Positions 9,751-18,487 of a DNA stretch of 46,058 nucleotides are shown here, piece by piece. The notes beneath the pieces were generated by a model. It saw nothing but the letters and a program-made list of their open reading frames with translations. It made no database searches and was not told the DNA's origin. Position 1 is the first letter of the stretch. Every line of letters begins with the position of its first letter. Origin of the DNA: Elusimicrobiales bacterium. Its GTDB lineage: Bacteria > Elusimicrobiota > Elusimicrobia > Elusimicrobiales > UBA9959. The stretch is taken from positions 1 to 46,058 of the forward strand of contig JBMFKQ010000009.1 in NCBI GenBank assembly GCA_049972095.1, in the 5' to 3' direction. The position numbers and the translations under genes are program-made.

Positions 9751-9969
9751 TCACCCCTTGATGTTAAAGGTCCTGTGTTTTCTTTCATTAATAACAGTTT
9801 TTATAAATGCTATCTTTCTTCTTAAGTTTCTTATCTTGAGAGGATTATCTATAGGAGATATCTTCTTGTTGAATTTAAGATGAAAAAGCTCCTTTTCAGC
9901 ATCAGCCAGAAGAGTAGTTAGTTCCGAATCACTCATGCTTCTTATAGACTCCTTCTCTCTATATTTCAT
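9751..9969 (-). CDS. rpmC: 50S ribosomal protein L29
   Basis: Position between rplP and rpsQ; KELFHLKF...[21 protein letters not shown]. Confidence 0.93.
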   Translation of the reverse strand: MKYREKESIRSMSDSELTTLLADAEKELFHLKFNKKISPIDNPLKIRNLRRKIAFIKTVINERKHRTFNIKG

Positions 9970-9980
9970 AAATCACCTCT

Positions 9981-10394
9981 TCAACCTTCTCTTTTAACAA
10001 GCCTCGTTTCTATAGGAAGTTTTGCACTGACCCTATGAAAAATCTCTGTTGCTGTTGCATCATCTACACCCTCTAACTCAAACATTATTCTTCCAGGCTT
10101 CACAACAGCCACCCAGTGATCCGGATCACCTTTCCCTTTACCCATTCTTGTTTCTGCAGGATGTTTTGTAATTGCTTTATCAGGGAATATCCTTATCCAC
10201 ATCTTACCTCTCTTCTTAAGATATCTGACGATTGTAAGTCGGCATGCCTCTATCTGTCTTGCAGTAATCCAACTCGGTTCAACAGCCTTTATTCCATAGT
10301 CACCCCAATGAATTTGTGTAGCGCCTTTTGAATATCCCTTTATTCTAGGCGATGTCTGAGGCTTTCTGTATTTTACTCTTTTAGGCATTAACAT
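9981..10394 (-). CDS. rplP: 50S ribosomal protein L16
   Basis: [36 protein letters not shown]. Confidence 0.98.
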   Translation of the reverse strand: MLMPKRVKYRKPQTSPRIKGYSKGATQIHWGDYGIKAVEPSWITARQIEACRLTIVRYLKKRGKMWIRIFPDKAITKHPAETRMGKGKGDPDHWVAVVKPGRIMFELEGVDDATATEIFHRVSAKLPIETRLVKREG

Positions 10395-11130
10395 TGTTAT
10401 CTCCCTTAATAGTCTGCTTCACAGAGCTACTGTCAACAATCATCTCCTTTTCTTCCTCAATCCTTAATCTCTTAAGCTCTTCCTGAAGCTCTCTGGGGGT
10501 TTTTGCAAAATGAAGCTTTTTAAATATCCAGACCTTAACACCAATCTTACCCATTATTGTGTTTGCTTCGCTAAAACCATAATCAACATCAGCAGAAAAA
10601 GTCTGAAGTGGAACCCTTCCTCTTCTATACCACTCTCTTCTTGCTATCTCTGCTCCACCAAGTCTTCCTGAAACCATAATCTTAACACCTAAGGCCCCGC
10701 TTGCAAGTATCCTATCCATTGCTTTCTTACATACCTTTTTATATGATGCCCTTTTTTCAAGCTGAACAGCTATTGATTGAGCAACAAGATATGCATCAAG
10801 CTCAGGAATCTTTATCTCATATACATTAACATAAACCCTTTTGCCAGTCATTCTTTCAAGATCATTCTTAAGAGTTTCAATATCCTGTCCCTTTCTACCT
10901 ATAACAACCCCAGGTCTTGCAGTGTGTATTGTTATTTTTATATAAGTGCCAAGCCTTTCAATTATTATATTGCTTATAGCAGCCTGAGAAAACCTCTCCC
11001 TTATTATATTTCTTATATCATAATCCTCTCTTATCAGCTGTGGCATCTCTTTATAGCTAGCAACCCACCTAGACTGCCATTCTCTTATATAACCTAACCT
11101 CACAGCATTAGGATGTATCTTTTGCCCCAT
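10381..11130 (-). CDS. rpsC: 30S ribosomal protein S3
   Basis: [43 protein letters not shown]; 14-bp overlap with rplP. Confidence 0.98.
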   Translation of the reverse strand: MGQKIHPNAVRLGYIREWQSRWVASYKEMPQLIREDYDIRNIIRERFSQAAISNIIIERLGTYIKITIHTARPGVVIGRKGQDIETLKNDLERMTGKRVYVNVYEIKIPELDAYLVAQSIAVQLEKRASYKKVCKKAMDRILASGALGVKIMVSGRLGGAEIARREWYRRGRVPLQTFSADVDYGFSEANTIMGKIGVKVWIFKKLHFAKTPRELQEELKRLRIEEEKEMIVDSSSVKQTIKGDNNVNA

Positions 11131-11139
11131 AACCTCTCC

Positions 11140-11487
11140 TTATTTCCCATCCGTCACAACGACCTTTATATGACAGAGGTTTCTAGTATATGGCATTGCT
11201 CTGCCCATTGGACCTGCATGATATCTTCTCATATATTTCATAGGTCCCTGGTCAGCTTTTATCTCTTTTATCCAGACATTTTTAAGATCAATCTTTGATC
11301 CAAGTTTATTGCTGAGGTTTGCACCAGCAGATTTAATCGCTTTTATAACTACTTCTTTTGTAGGGGTTGGAAGAGAGTTAAGAAAGCTGATTGCTTGCCA
11401 AAGATTTTTACCTCTTACAAACTTGCATAATCTTGCAACTTTAAGCTGAGAATATCTCTGATATCTCAAATTACATACAGCATCCAT
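11140..11487 (-). CDS. rplV: 50S ribosomal protein L22
   Basis: Position between rpsS and rpsC; VRGK..QA, KSAGAN, ADQGP...MGRA...HIKVVV. Confidence 0.94.
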   Translation of the reverse strand: MDAVCNLRYQRYSQLKVARLCKFVRGKNLWQAISFLNSLPTPTKEVVIKAIKSAGANLSNKLGSKIDLKNVWIKEIKADQGPMKYMRRYHAGPMGRAMPYTRNLCHIKVVVTDGK

Positions 11488-11496
11488 AAACTCTCC

Positions 11497-11781
11497 TTAT
11501 GTAAGCTCCGTTGACTCTTTATGAGCTGCACCATGACCTTTAAAGGTTCTTGTAAAAGAAAACTCACCAAGTTTGTGCCCTATCATTCTGTCAGTTATAT
11601 AAACTGGAAGAAACTTTCTTCCGTTATGAACCAAAAATGTCAGTCCAACAAACTCAGGTATTATGGTTGATCTCCTTGACCATGTTTTAATTGGTTTCTT
11701 ATCTTTGCTTTCTATAGCCTTCCTTACCTTTTCAAGAAGATTAGGATCAACATAAGGACCTTTTTTTGATGACCTTCCCAT
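11497..11781 (-). CDS. rpsS: 30S ribosomal protein S19
   Basis: [38 protein letters not shown]. Confidence 0.98.
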   Translation of the reverse strand: MGRSSKKGPYVDPNLLEKVRKAIESKDKKPIKTWSRRSTIIPEFVGLTFLVHNGRKFLPVYITDRMIGHKLGEFSFTRTFKGHGAAHKESTELT

Positions 11782-11794
11782 CTACAGCCTCCTT

Positions 11795-12634
11795 TTAAAC
11801 ATTCACCTTTCTTCTATCCTGAACTATCATCCAGCTCCATATCTTGTTCTTTCTTCTCGTTTTTAGGCCCTTGGAGGGCTGGTTCCAGGGAGATCTTGGC
11901 ACATTGTTACCCTTTGATCTACCCCTCCCACCACCAAGTGGGTGATCCACAGGGTTCATTGCTGTGCCTCTGACGCTTGGCCTTATTCCAAGATGTCTTG
12001 ATCTGCCAGCATTACCAATGGTTATGGTGTTGTATTCAGAGTTTCCTACCCTTCCAATAGTAGCAAAACATCTGCCAAGAACCTTTCTTACCTCTCCGCT
12101 AGGCATTTTGAGAAGAACATATTTTCCTTCCTTACCCATAACCTGAGCACTTGTTCCGGCAGCCCTTACAAACTGAGCTCCCATACCTGGTCTCATCTCA
12201 ACACAGCACACAAATGTGCCATCGGGTATTTGAGAAAGCGGAGTTGCATTTCCTATTTTTATCGGAATATCCTTAAGTCCGCTGACAATCTCATCACCTA
12301 CCTTAAGCCCTTCCGGTGCAATTATATATCTCTTGTCGCCATCCCTATAATGGAGAAGGGCTATTCTTGCATTCCTGTTAGGGTCATATTCAATAGAATA
12401 AACAACAGCAGGCACATTATATTTATCTCTTTTAAAATCTATTATCCTGTATTTTCTTTTGTGTCCACCACCAATATGTCTTACCATTATCATACCAGTG
12501 TTGTTCCTTCCACCTGTTTTCTTGAGACCAACTACAAGGCTTTTTTCAGGTTCTTTTTTTGTTATATCTGAAAAGTCTTGGGTTGTTATAAACCTTCTTG
12601 ATGGCGTATAAGGTTTATATGTCTTTACAGGCAT
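11795..12634 (-). CDS. rplB: 50S ribosomal protein L2
   Basis: [42 protein letters not shown]. Confidence 0.98.
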   Translation of the reverse strand: MPVKTYKPYTPSRRFITTQDFSDITKKEPEKSLVVGLKKTGGRNNTGMIMVRHIGGGHKRKYRIIDFKRDKYNVPAVVYSIEYDPNRNARIALLHYRDGDKRYIIAPEGLKVGDEIVSGLKDIPIKIGNATPLSQIPDGTFVCCVEMRPGMGAQFVRAAGTSAQVMGKEGKYVLLKMPSGEVRKVLGRCFATIGRVGNSEYNTITIGNAGRSRHLGIRPSVRGTAMNPVDHPLGGGRGRSKGNNVPRSPWNQPSKGLKTRRKNKIWSWMIVQDRRKVNV

Positions 12635-12643
12635 AGTTTCTCC

Positions 12644-12928
12644 TTATTTTTTCAAATCGGTGTATTCTATCTTACCTTCAGAAAGGGTTACTATGGCTTT
12701 TTTCCATCCACTTCTGTATCCCTCAAACCTTCCAACCCTTGCTTTTTTAGGCTTCATACTAACAACTCTAACATTCTTAACCTTAACCTTGAATATCTCC
12801 TCAACAGCTTTTTTTATTTCAATTTTGTTTGCCTCATTGCTAACTTTAAAGAAATATTTATTTATCTCCTTCTGATTAACACTCTTCTCAGTAAGAACCG
12901 GCTCTATTATTACCTTATAGGGATTCAT
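12644..12928 (-). CDS. rplW: 50S ribosomal protein L23
   Basis: PVLTEKS, ANKIEIKKAVE, WKKAIVTL. Confidence 0.96.
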   Translation of the reverse strand: MNPYKVIIEPVLTEKSVNQKEINKYFFKVSNEANKIEIKKAVEEIFKVKVKNVRVVSMKPKKARVGRFEGYRSGWKKAIVTLSEGKIEYTDLKK

Positions 12929-13554
12929 TTATCCTCCAGTCTTTTTGCAATTATATCAAAACTAGCTTTATCAACTATAATAACCTCAGCATTTATAACA
13001 TCATAAGCATTAACATCCTTTGCAGCAACATATTTAACATAAGGATAATTTCTCATTGATTTTAAAGTCTCATCATTAACCTCTGAAAGCACAACAACTA
13101 ATTTCTTGTCTATTATGTTTAAACTTTTCAACAGGTTGATAAAATTGCTGGTCTTCGACTCAGAAAATTTAAATACATCAAAAACATATACAGCATTATC
13201 TTTAATCCTTTGGGTAAGAACCTGACTTAGAGCAAGTCTAAGCTTTTCCCTTGGCATATCAAGAGAATAATCTCTTGGTTTAGGCCCAAAAACAACACCT
13301 CCACCTCTCCACAGAGGAGATCTTATCGAACCATGCCTTGCTCTTCCCGTGTGCTTCTGCCTCCATGGTTTTCTACCACCACCACTTACCTCAGCTCTAT
13401 TTTTTGTTGAGGCACTACCAACTCTCTTATTTGCAAGATAATACTTAATAACCTCATAGAGAAAATTTCTATCAATCTTTTCAGCAATAATTGTATCAGG
13501 TATTTTTATGCTACCGGCCTCTTTTGCGCTCATATCATAAACTGGCAATTCCAT
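12925..13554 (-). CDS. rplD: 50S ribosomal protein L4
   Basis: TKNRAEVSGGGRKPWRQKHTGRARHGSIRSPLWRGGGVVFGPKPRDY. Confidence 0.98.
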   Translation of the reverse strand: MELPVYDMSAKEAGSIKIPDTIIAEKIDRNFLYEVIKYYLANKRVGSASTKNRAEVSGGGRKPWRQKHTGRARHGSIRSPLWRGGGVVFGPKPRDYSLDMPREKLRLALSQVLTQRIKDNAVYVFDVFKFSESKTSNFINLLKSLNIIDKKLVVVLSEVNDETLKSMRNYPYVKYVAAKDVNAYDVINAEVIIVDKASFDIIAKRLEDK

Positions 13555-13569
13555 ATCTTCTCCTTGAAA

Positions 13570-14301
13570 CTATTTTTTCTTAGCAGTTTTTGCAGCTTCT
13601 TTTTTCGTTTTTGGCATAACAACTGGTGTTTTATGAGGTATTCTTACTACCTTTGATGTCTTTTTTATATAAACTATACTACCAGGTTTTCCAGGAGCAC
13701 TTCCCTTTACCATTATTATATTCTTTTCAGGAATAACCTTAACTACCTTTATCTTCTGAACAGTGATAGTTTCATCACCCAGATGTCCGGCCATTCTATG
13801 ACCAGGTATAACCCTTCCAAGAGGTCTTCTTGATGCAAGTGAACCGCATGCCCTTTCTCTATCTGATGCACCATGTGATGCAGGTTGCCCATGAAAATTA
13901 TGTCTTTTCATTACACCCGCAAAGCCCTTACCAATAGAAACACCCTGAATATCAACCCAATCACCTACAGAAAATCTTCCATCAAGACTTACGATCTGAC
14001 CAGGCTTTATATCATGAACTTCCTCAAATCTAAATTCCTTGAGGTAGTCCTTTGGAGAAACACCATTTTTTTTGAATATACCCTCAAGAGGTTTATTAAC
14101 ATTCTTCCTATCACCAAAGCCAAGACAGACTGCATTATAACCATCCCTTTCCTTTCTCCTCACATAGACAACCTCACACGGACCAGCTTCAAGAACTGTT
14201 ACACCAATAATCTCACCGTTTTCATCGAATATCTGAGTCATACCAAGCTTCTTTGCAATTATATACTTAAACTCAGGCTTTACCTTTTCTTTTTCTTCCA
14301 T
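13570..14301 (-). CDS. rplC: 50S ribosomal protein L3
   Basis: KKLGMTQIF, DGYNAV, SIGKGFAGVMKRHNF, RMAGH, VKGSAPG; ATG at 14301 follows GGAG. Confidence 0.97.
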   Translation of the reverse strand: MEEKEKVKPEFKYIIAKKLGMTQIFDENGEIIGVTVLEAGPCEVVYVRRKERDGYNAVCLGFGDRKNVNKPLEGIFKKNGVSPKDYLKEFRFEEVHDIKPGQIVSLDGRFSVGDWVDIQGVSIGKGFAGVMKRHNFHGQPASHGASDRERACGSLASRRPLGRVIPGHRMAGHLGDETITVQKIKVVKVIPEKNIIMVKGSAPGKPGSIVYIKKTSKVVRIPHKTPVVMPKTKKEAAKTAKKK

Positions 14302-14406
14302 AATTAACTCCATTTAGAAAAATAAATAATCCTTTTCTGATCTAACAAAACCTCCTTAAAATCTTCCTTCAACAAGAACAAATGTTAAGGGTTAGGCAAC
14401 AAAAAG

Positions 14407-14436
14407 ATTGTATCAAATTATTGATAATTAAATCAA
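14407..14436 (-). promoter_or_regulatory. Promoter of the rplC ribosomal protein operon
   Basis: TTGATT (14436-14431), 18-nt spacer, TGn-TACAAT (14412-14407). Confidence 0.55.
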
Positions 14437-15584
14437 TACCTTATTCCATATCCAAGATAAAATGAATGTGCTGTATAGTTGTAAGGGATATAAGTTTCAA
14501 ATCTGTTGTTTGACTTAGAGATGTGCAGTGCATATCCTATTTTCCAGTAGGTAAGATCAGTTATCCTTATAGTATAATCAGCACAGAATCTATATATATA
14601 TTGATGCTGTTTTTTACCAACGAGATAATTGTTATTCTTATCCCTCGGCGGCCTTGACGAATAGAATCTCGATGATAAAACTGCTGTTAGATTCAAAGAG
14701 GCATGTTCCAAATCTACTGATAATGGAATACCTATCTCAAAATCCTTTCTGCTATACGCATCTTCAACAAAAAAAGGTGAGGTATCAAAAAGATCTCTAT
14801 ACCTTAAGTAATTCTGGTTGGATGAGTAAATACTCAAACTCAATGAAGGATAGAAATTAAAAAAACCAACTCTCCTGTTCTGACCAACAACGATAGTAAA
14901 ATCAGAGTCTCTTTGCCTTGGTCCAGAAACTGTGCCATCAGGTTTTATTGTTCTTTGTCTTGCGTAAACATATCTTTTATAGGATAAATCACTAAACCAT
15001 ATCTCTTTTTTTAATCTAAATCCTATCTCATAAACATCTTTATCATACATTCCTGTTTTTGTGAAGTTTGAATCATACTTGATCTCAGATATAAGATCAG
15101 TGTAGTTTGGATAATGAATTTTTCTATAACCGCTTATGAAAGTCAAATAATACTCCTTCTTAATAAGATCAAGCGACATTCCAATACCACTAACTGCATT
15201 GTTGTATATATTGTCATTATAGTTTGATAACGCATTATCTTTGAACTTTTCAACATTGAAGTAGATGGAAGGTCTTATCCTTAAATTACTTTTCCACATA
15301 TAATGATACTCTGCAAATAGTGAGTTCAATATTGACCTTTCCTTTATATCTTTGTCAGCTATATAATTGCCAGGACCATCATAACCTATAGAATAAGAAA
15401 GATACGCACTTCGCTTTTCATCAAAATCGTATAAAAGTGAGATTAAACCTTTCACATCACCACCACTAAAGAAAAACTCATCAGAGATTTCTGCGCTTTG
15501 CATAAAGCTTATATCAACATAAGAAAAAAAACTTCTTTCAGCTGGAAAAAGCATAAGTGAGATAACTAACATAGCTACGCTCAT
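14433..15584 (-). CDS. Hypothetical exported protein, probable outer-membrane beta-barrel
   Basis: Hydrophobic N-terminus, Tyr/Phe-rich alternating strands, C-terminal FYLGYGIRY resembling a beta-signal. Confidence 0.65.
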   Translation of the reverse strand: MSVAMLVISLMLFPAERSFFSYVDISFMQSAEISDEFFFSGGDVKGLISLLYDFDEKRSAYLSYSIGYDGPGNYIADKDIKERSILNSLFAEYHYMWKSNLRIRPSIYFNVEKFKDNALSNYNDNIYNNAVSGIGMSLDLIKKEYYLTFISGYRKIHYPNYTDLISEIKYDSNFTKTGMYDKDVYEIGFRLKKEIWFSDLSYKRYVYARQRTIKPDGTVSGPRQRDSDFTIVVGQNRRVGFFNFYPSLSLSIYSSNQNYLRYRDLFDTSPFFVEDAYSRKDFEIGIPLSVDLEHASLNLTAVLSSRFYSSRPPRDKNNNYLVGKKQHQYIYRFCADYTIRITDLTYWKIGYALHISKSNNRFETYIPYNYTAHSFYLGYGIRY

Positions 15585-15588
15585 AATC

Positions 15589-16311
15589 TTAGAAACTCAA
15601 CCTCATATTCCAAATAGGATGTATTACAACTACCCCATCAGGATAAAAATTAAAACCTAACTCAAACCATTTCCCATACCAGCTACTCTTTATTGCAATC
15701 ATCTCATTTTTTATATCATAGTTTATCTGTAGTGCAAAATATCTATCTATATCTCTCATAAGCTCTATACCAAAATATACATAAACAGCATTATTATCAA
15801 ACCTAAAATTGCTAAGTTCCACCCCAAGAAGCTCATGTTTCTTATAGCTTGAGAGTTTAAGCTCTGCTGAAGAGTATGAATACCTTACACCATAGAAGTT
15901 CCTTATCCTTGAGGTTATCGAATTTGAGGCAGTAATTCCTGTGTGGTAACCCCAAAAGGAAAGATTTTCAACCTCATCACTCAACTTAGCAAATGTTTTG
16001 CCTGCTACAAAATACTCAAAACCTATATTCAAATCCATCTGAGGAAATTCAGATTCAGGATGTATCCTCCTTGAAAAAGATGGTGTTATAAATGTTATTG
16101 GCAGCAATGATGGAAAAAGTGAACAGCCTAAAACCGTATTATAACCAGACTTGATTGGAAGAGATGTTTCCGAATCAGACTTTATCTCTCTGAAAAAAAG
16201 AGAAGGTTCAGCTACAACTCTTGCAACAACCCTTCTCGCTGCACTCTCAAAATCAGCAAAAGCAGGCTTGACAAAAAAACAAAAAAGAGTTAAGAAAATC
16301 AATCTTTCCAT
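15589..16311 (-). CDS. Hypothetical exported protein, probable outer-membrane beta-barrel
   Basis: Signal peptide MERLIFLTLFCFFVKPAFA; amphipathic strands; terminal WNMRLSF. Confidence 0.65.
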   Translation of the reverse strand: MERLIFLTLFCFFVKPAFADFESAARRVVARVVAEPSLFFREIKSDSETSLPIKSGYNTVLGCSLFPSLLPITFITPSFSRRIHPESEFPQMDLNIGFEYFVAGKTFAKLSDEVENLSFWGYHTGITASNSITSRIRNFYGVRYSYSSAELKLSSYKKHELLGVELSNFRFDNNAVYVYFGIELMRDIDRYFALQINYDIKNEMIAIKSSWYGKWFELGFNFYPDGVVVIHPIWNMRLSF

Positions 16312-17945
16312 CTTTTAATCGCCTCGTAAATGTATTCGGACGATGAATAAATACTCTGACCACTAACAACCACATCTATATTGTCTGAAATAGAGTTATA
16401 GCCAACCTCGGAAGGCTTGCCAGATAAATCCTGCCTTAGATTGATGATACCTTCAAAAAAATTTTTTCTAACCATATCAGAAATACTATCAAATCCTGTC
16501 TCTATATCTTTCTTTTTCCTTAAACTACCTTGCGGTGAGATCAAATAGCTTTCTGAAATGAGCCAAAAAGGCTGTGATGAGTTTGCTCCTTTAATATACT
16601 TATCGGCTCTTATTCTATAGATATCCCCATCAAAATAATATCCACCATCAGTTCTAAGCCCCCACAGAGCACCTGTTATATCACCTCCATCACTCTTTCT
16701 GACAAGATCGCCAGTTGGGGCTGACGGATTTTTCTCCACAAAGTTATAATTAATTATATCTGAAAGAGAGGATTTTGGGATCTTCCCTGTTATTATAACC
16801 TCTCTGTCTCGTTCATTAGTGCTTTGCTCAACCCCTACTGACTCAGTATTGTTTATAAGCTCAGCTCTGGAAGAAATATATTTATATGCCTCAGCAACAA
16901 AAAAGGATGATGCTGATGTTATGTTTGCTGCAACAGAAATCATCCATAAGGGATTGACAGAAGGGTCAGCAAAAAAGGATGGCAGATTTTCAATCCTGGA
17001 AGGTAGGGGTTTTTGAAACTCAAAACTCACAGCAAAAACATCAATCCTATTTGAAATGGCACCACCAAGATATCGCGAGGAAGGGATCTGTTGAGAAAAT
17101 GGGGTTGAGTATGTATAGTTAATGTAATAAGGTCTTTTGGTTATATTAACAAACTGTATCTGATGCGGTGTAGGTCTTAGGATCCTCTGCTCAACTCTTA
17201 CTGTATTTCCATGAATGTCTTTTAATGTTTTACCACTTTCAAAATCACTTGCTTTTTCCCTTATAGCATCATCAGAATATCTTTGAGTCATAAGCCGTGA
17301 ATAGGAGCTAAAAACAGAAAGTCTTTTTATTTTATCAAACCATGTTGTTGAACTTTTATATGAAAAAGAAAGAAGCTCCTTTTCAGTTTTTTCATCAATC
17401 AGTTTTTTTGAATAAGGCCTTTGAGGATTTTCTACCGCAAATCTCATCCCTTGGGATATTACAAACCTTCTCTCACCGCTTTTGTGAGGTAGAAGATAAT
17501 CAAACACACACTCACCAATAGCCACTGCAATCTCACTTCTTCCTGAAAGATCCGATGATATAAAAGAAAGCATTTTTCTTGATGCAAAAGATGAACTTAC
17601 CGTTTTTAAAACAAAAAGTGAACCCTTTGGAAACTCCACATCAAATCTCCCCTTTCCATAAACAAGGCCAAGTGATACATAATATTCTGAAACAGCCTCA
17701 ACCTCAATAGCAGACTCTTCATAAAGCATTATCTCTGAATTTTTGTTAACATTCAGAAAAGCAGAGGATTTCTCATCAAGCTTAATAGCACTTCCTGAAG
17801 GGAGTGTCAAAGGAAGCTCGGAGATTTTTTTCCATTCGGAAAGTGAATTTTCTCTATAATATGCTGTTCCTGATAAATCAATAAGAACAACCTGAGATAA
17901 AACAACATTTGGAAAAAACAAAAAAAAGAATATCAATACCACCAT
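16299..17945 (-). CDS. Exported FecR-domain protein with an unknown C-terminal region
   Basis: Signal peptide, then a FecR-like beta pattern (LSGTAYYR..W..L.LPSGSAIKL....A.L...SEIML.E.S.I, L.LVYG, FVLKT, SEIAVAIGE). Confidence 0.65.
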   Translation of the reverse strand: MVVLIFFFLFFPNVVLSQVVLIDLSGTAYYRENSLSEWKKISELPLTLPSGSAIKLDEKSSAFLNVNKNSEIMLYEESAIEVEAVSEYYVSLGLVYGKGRFDVEFPKGSLFVLKTVSSSFASRKMLSFISSDLSGRSEIAVAIGECVFDYLLPHKSGERRFVISQGMRFAVENPQRPYSKKLIDEKTEKELLSFSYKSSTTWFDKIKRLSVFSSYSRLMTQRYSDDAIREKASDFESGKTLKDIHGNTVRVEQRILRPTPHQIQFVNITKRPYYINYTYSTPFSQQIPSSRYLGGAISNRIDVFAVSFEFQKPLPSRIENLPSFFADPSVNPLWMISVAANITSASSFFVAEAYKYISSRAELINNTESVGVEQSTNERDREVIITGKIPKSSLSDIINYNFVEKNPSAPTGDLVRKSDGGDITGALWGLRTDGGYYFDGDIYRIRADKYIKGANSSQPFWLISESYLISPQGSLRKKKDIETGFDSISDMVRKNFFEGIINLRQDLSGKPSEVGYNSISDNIDVVVSGQSIYSSSEYIYEAIKRWKD

Positions 17946-17974
17946 TCCCTCAAAGTTTTTAAGAAAGATTTATA

Positions 17975-18047
17975 AGCCGAGACCGGGACTTGAACCCGGG
18001 ACCTACTCCTTACCATGGAGTTGCTCTACCATCTGAGCTATCTCGGC
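17975..18047 (-). tRNA. tRNA-Thr(GGT)
   Basis: GCCGAGATAGCTCAGATGGTAGAGCAACTCCATGGTAAGGAGTAGGTCCCGGGTTCAAGTCCCGGTCTCGGCT folds as a cloverleaf; anticodon GGT; CCA not encoded. Confidence 0.96.
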
Positions 18048-18154
18048 AATCTAAAAGAGAGCAAGCTAATTCAAATCTAACAGTTAATTAAAAAGCAAAT
18101 TAAAATACTCTAATTCCAAAATAAACAAACTCTTATAAACACCATCCTTGAAGC

Positions 18155-18322
18155 ACCAGCAAGCGGGCGATGGGAATCGCCTACAAATAAATTTTGCTCA
18201 CCGCAAAATTTTTCGCAAGTCCCCCCTCGGCAAACTGAATCGCATATGTTTGCCTGCGGGCTTTCGATTCCCACGAAATGCTTTCGCATTTCTTAGTACC
18301 AGCAAGCGGGCGATGGGAATCG
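18155..18322. repeat. 25-bp direct repeat of the tRNA-Gly 3' end enclosing a structured 118-bp insert
   Basis: accagcaagcgggcgatgggaatcg at 18155-18179 and 18298-18322; internal inverted copy of the T-arm at 18263-18274; three hairpins. Confidence 0.9.
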
Positions 18323-18375
18323 AACCCACGTTCTCTGCTTGGAAGGCAGAAGTTCTACCATTGAACTACGCCCGC
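18305..18375 (-). tRNA. tRNA-Gly(TCC)
   Basis: GCGGGCGTAGTTCAATGGTAGAACTTCTGCCTTCCAAGCAGAGAACGTGGGTTCGATTCCCATCGCCCGCT; anticodon TCC; CCA not encoded. Confidence 0.96.
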
Positions 18376-18386
18376 ATATAAGTAAA

Positions 18387-18415
18387 ATTATAATATTTTA
18401 AGCATTTTTAATCAA
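18387..18415 (-). promoter_or_regulatory. Promoter of tRNA-Gly (and probably tRNA-Thr)
   Basis: TTGATT (18415-18410), 17-nt spacer, TATAAT (18392-18387), 11 nt upstream of the tRNA. Confidence 0.7.
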
Positions 18416-18487
18416 CAAACGATAAAAAATCTTATCAATCTCTTATGACAATCCATCTTTTTTTCTACAGATTGATGGCAAGTTTAA

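Noticed and set aside
18155..18322. CRISPR array or prophage att pair
   Set aside because: Only two repeat copies, derived from the tRNA; no cas genes or integrase; only 118 bp enclosed.
18148..18381. 77-aa plus-strand ORF
   Set aside because: Antisense to tRNA-Gly and the structured repeat; TTG start and no protein-like features.
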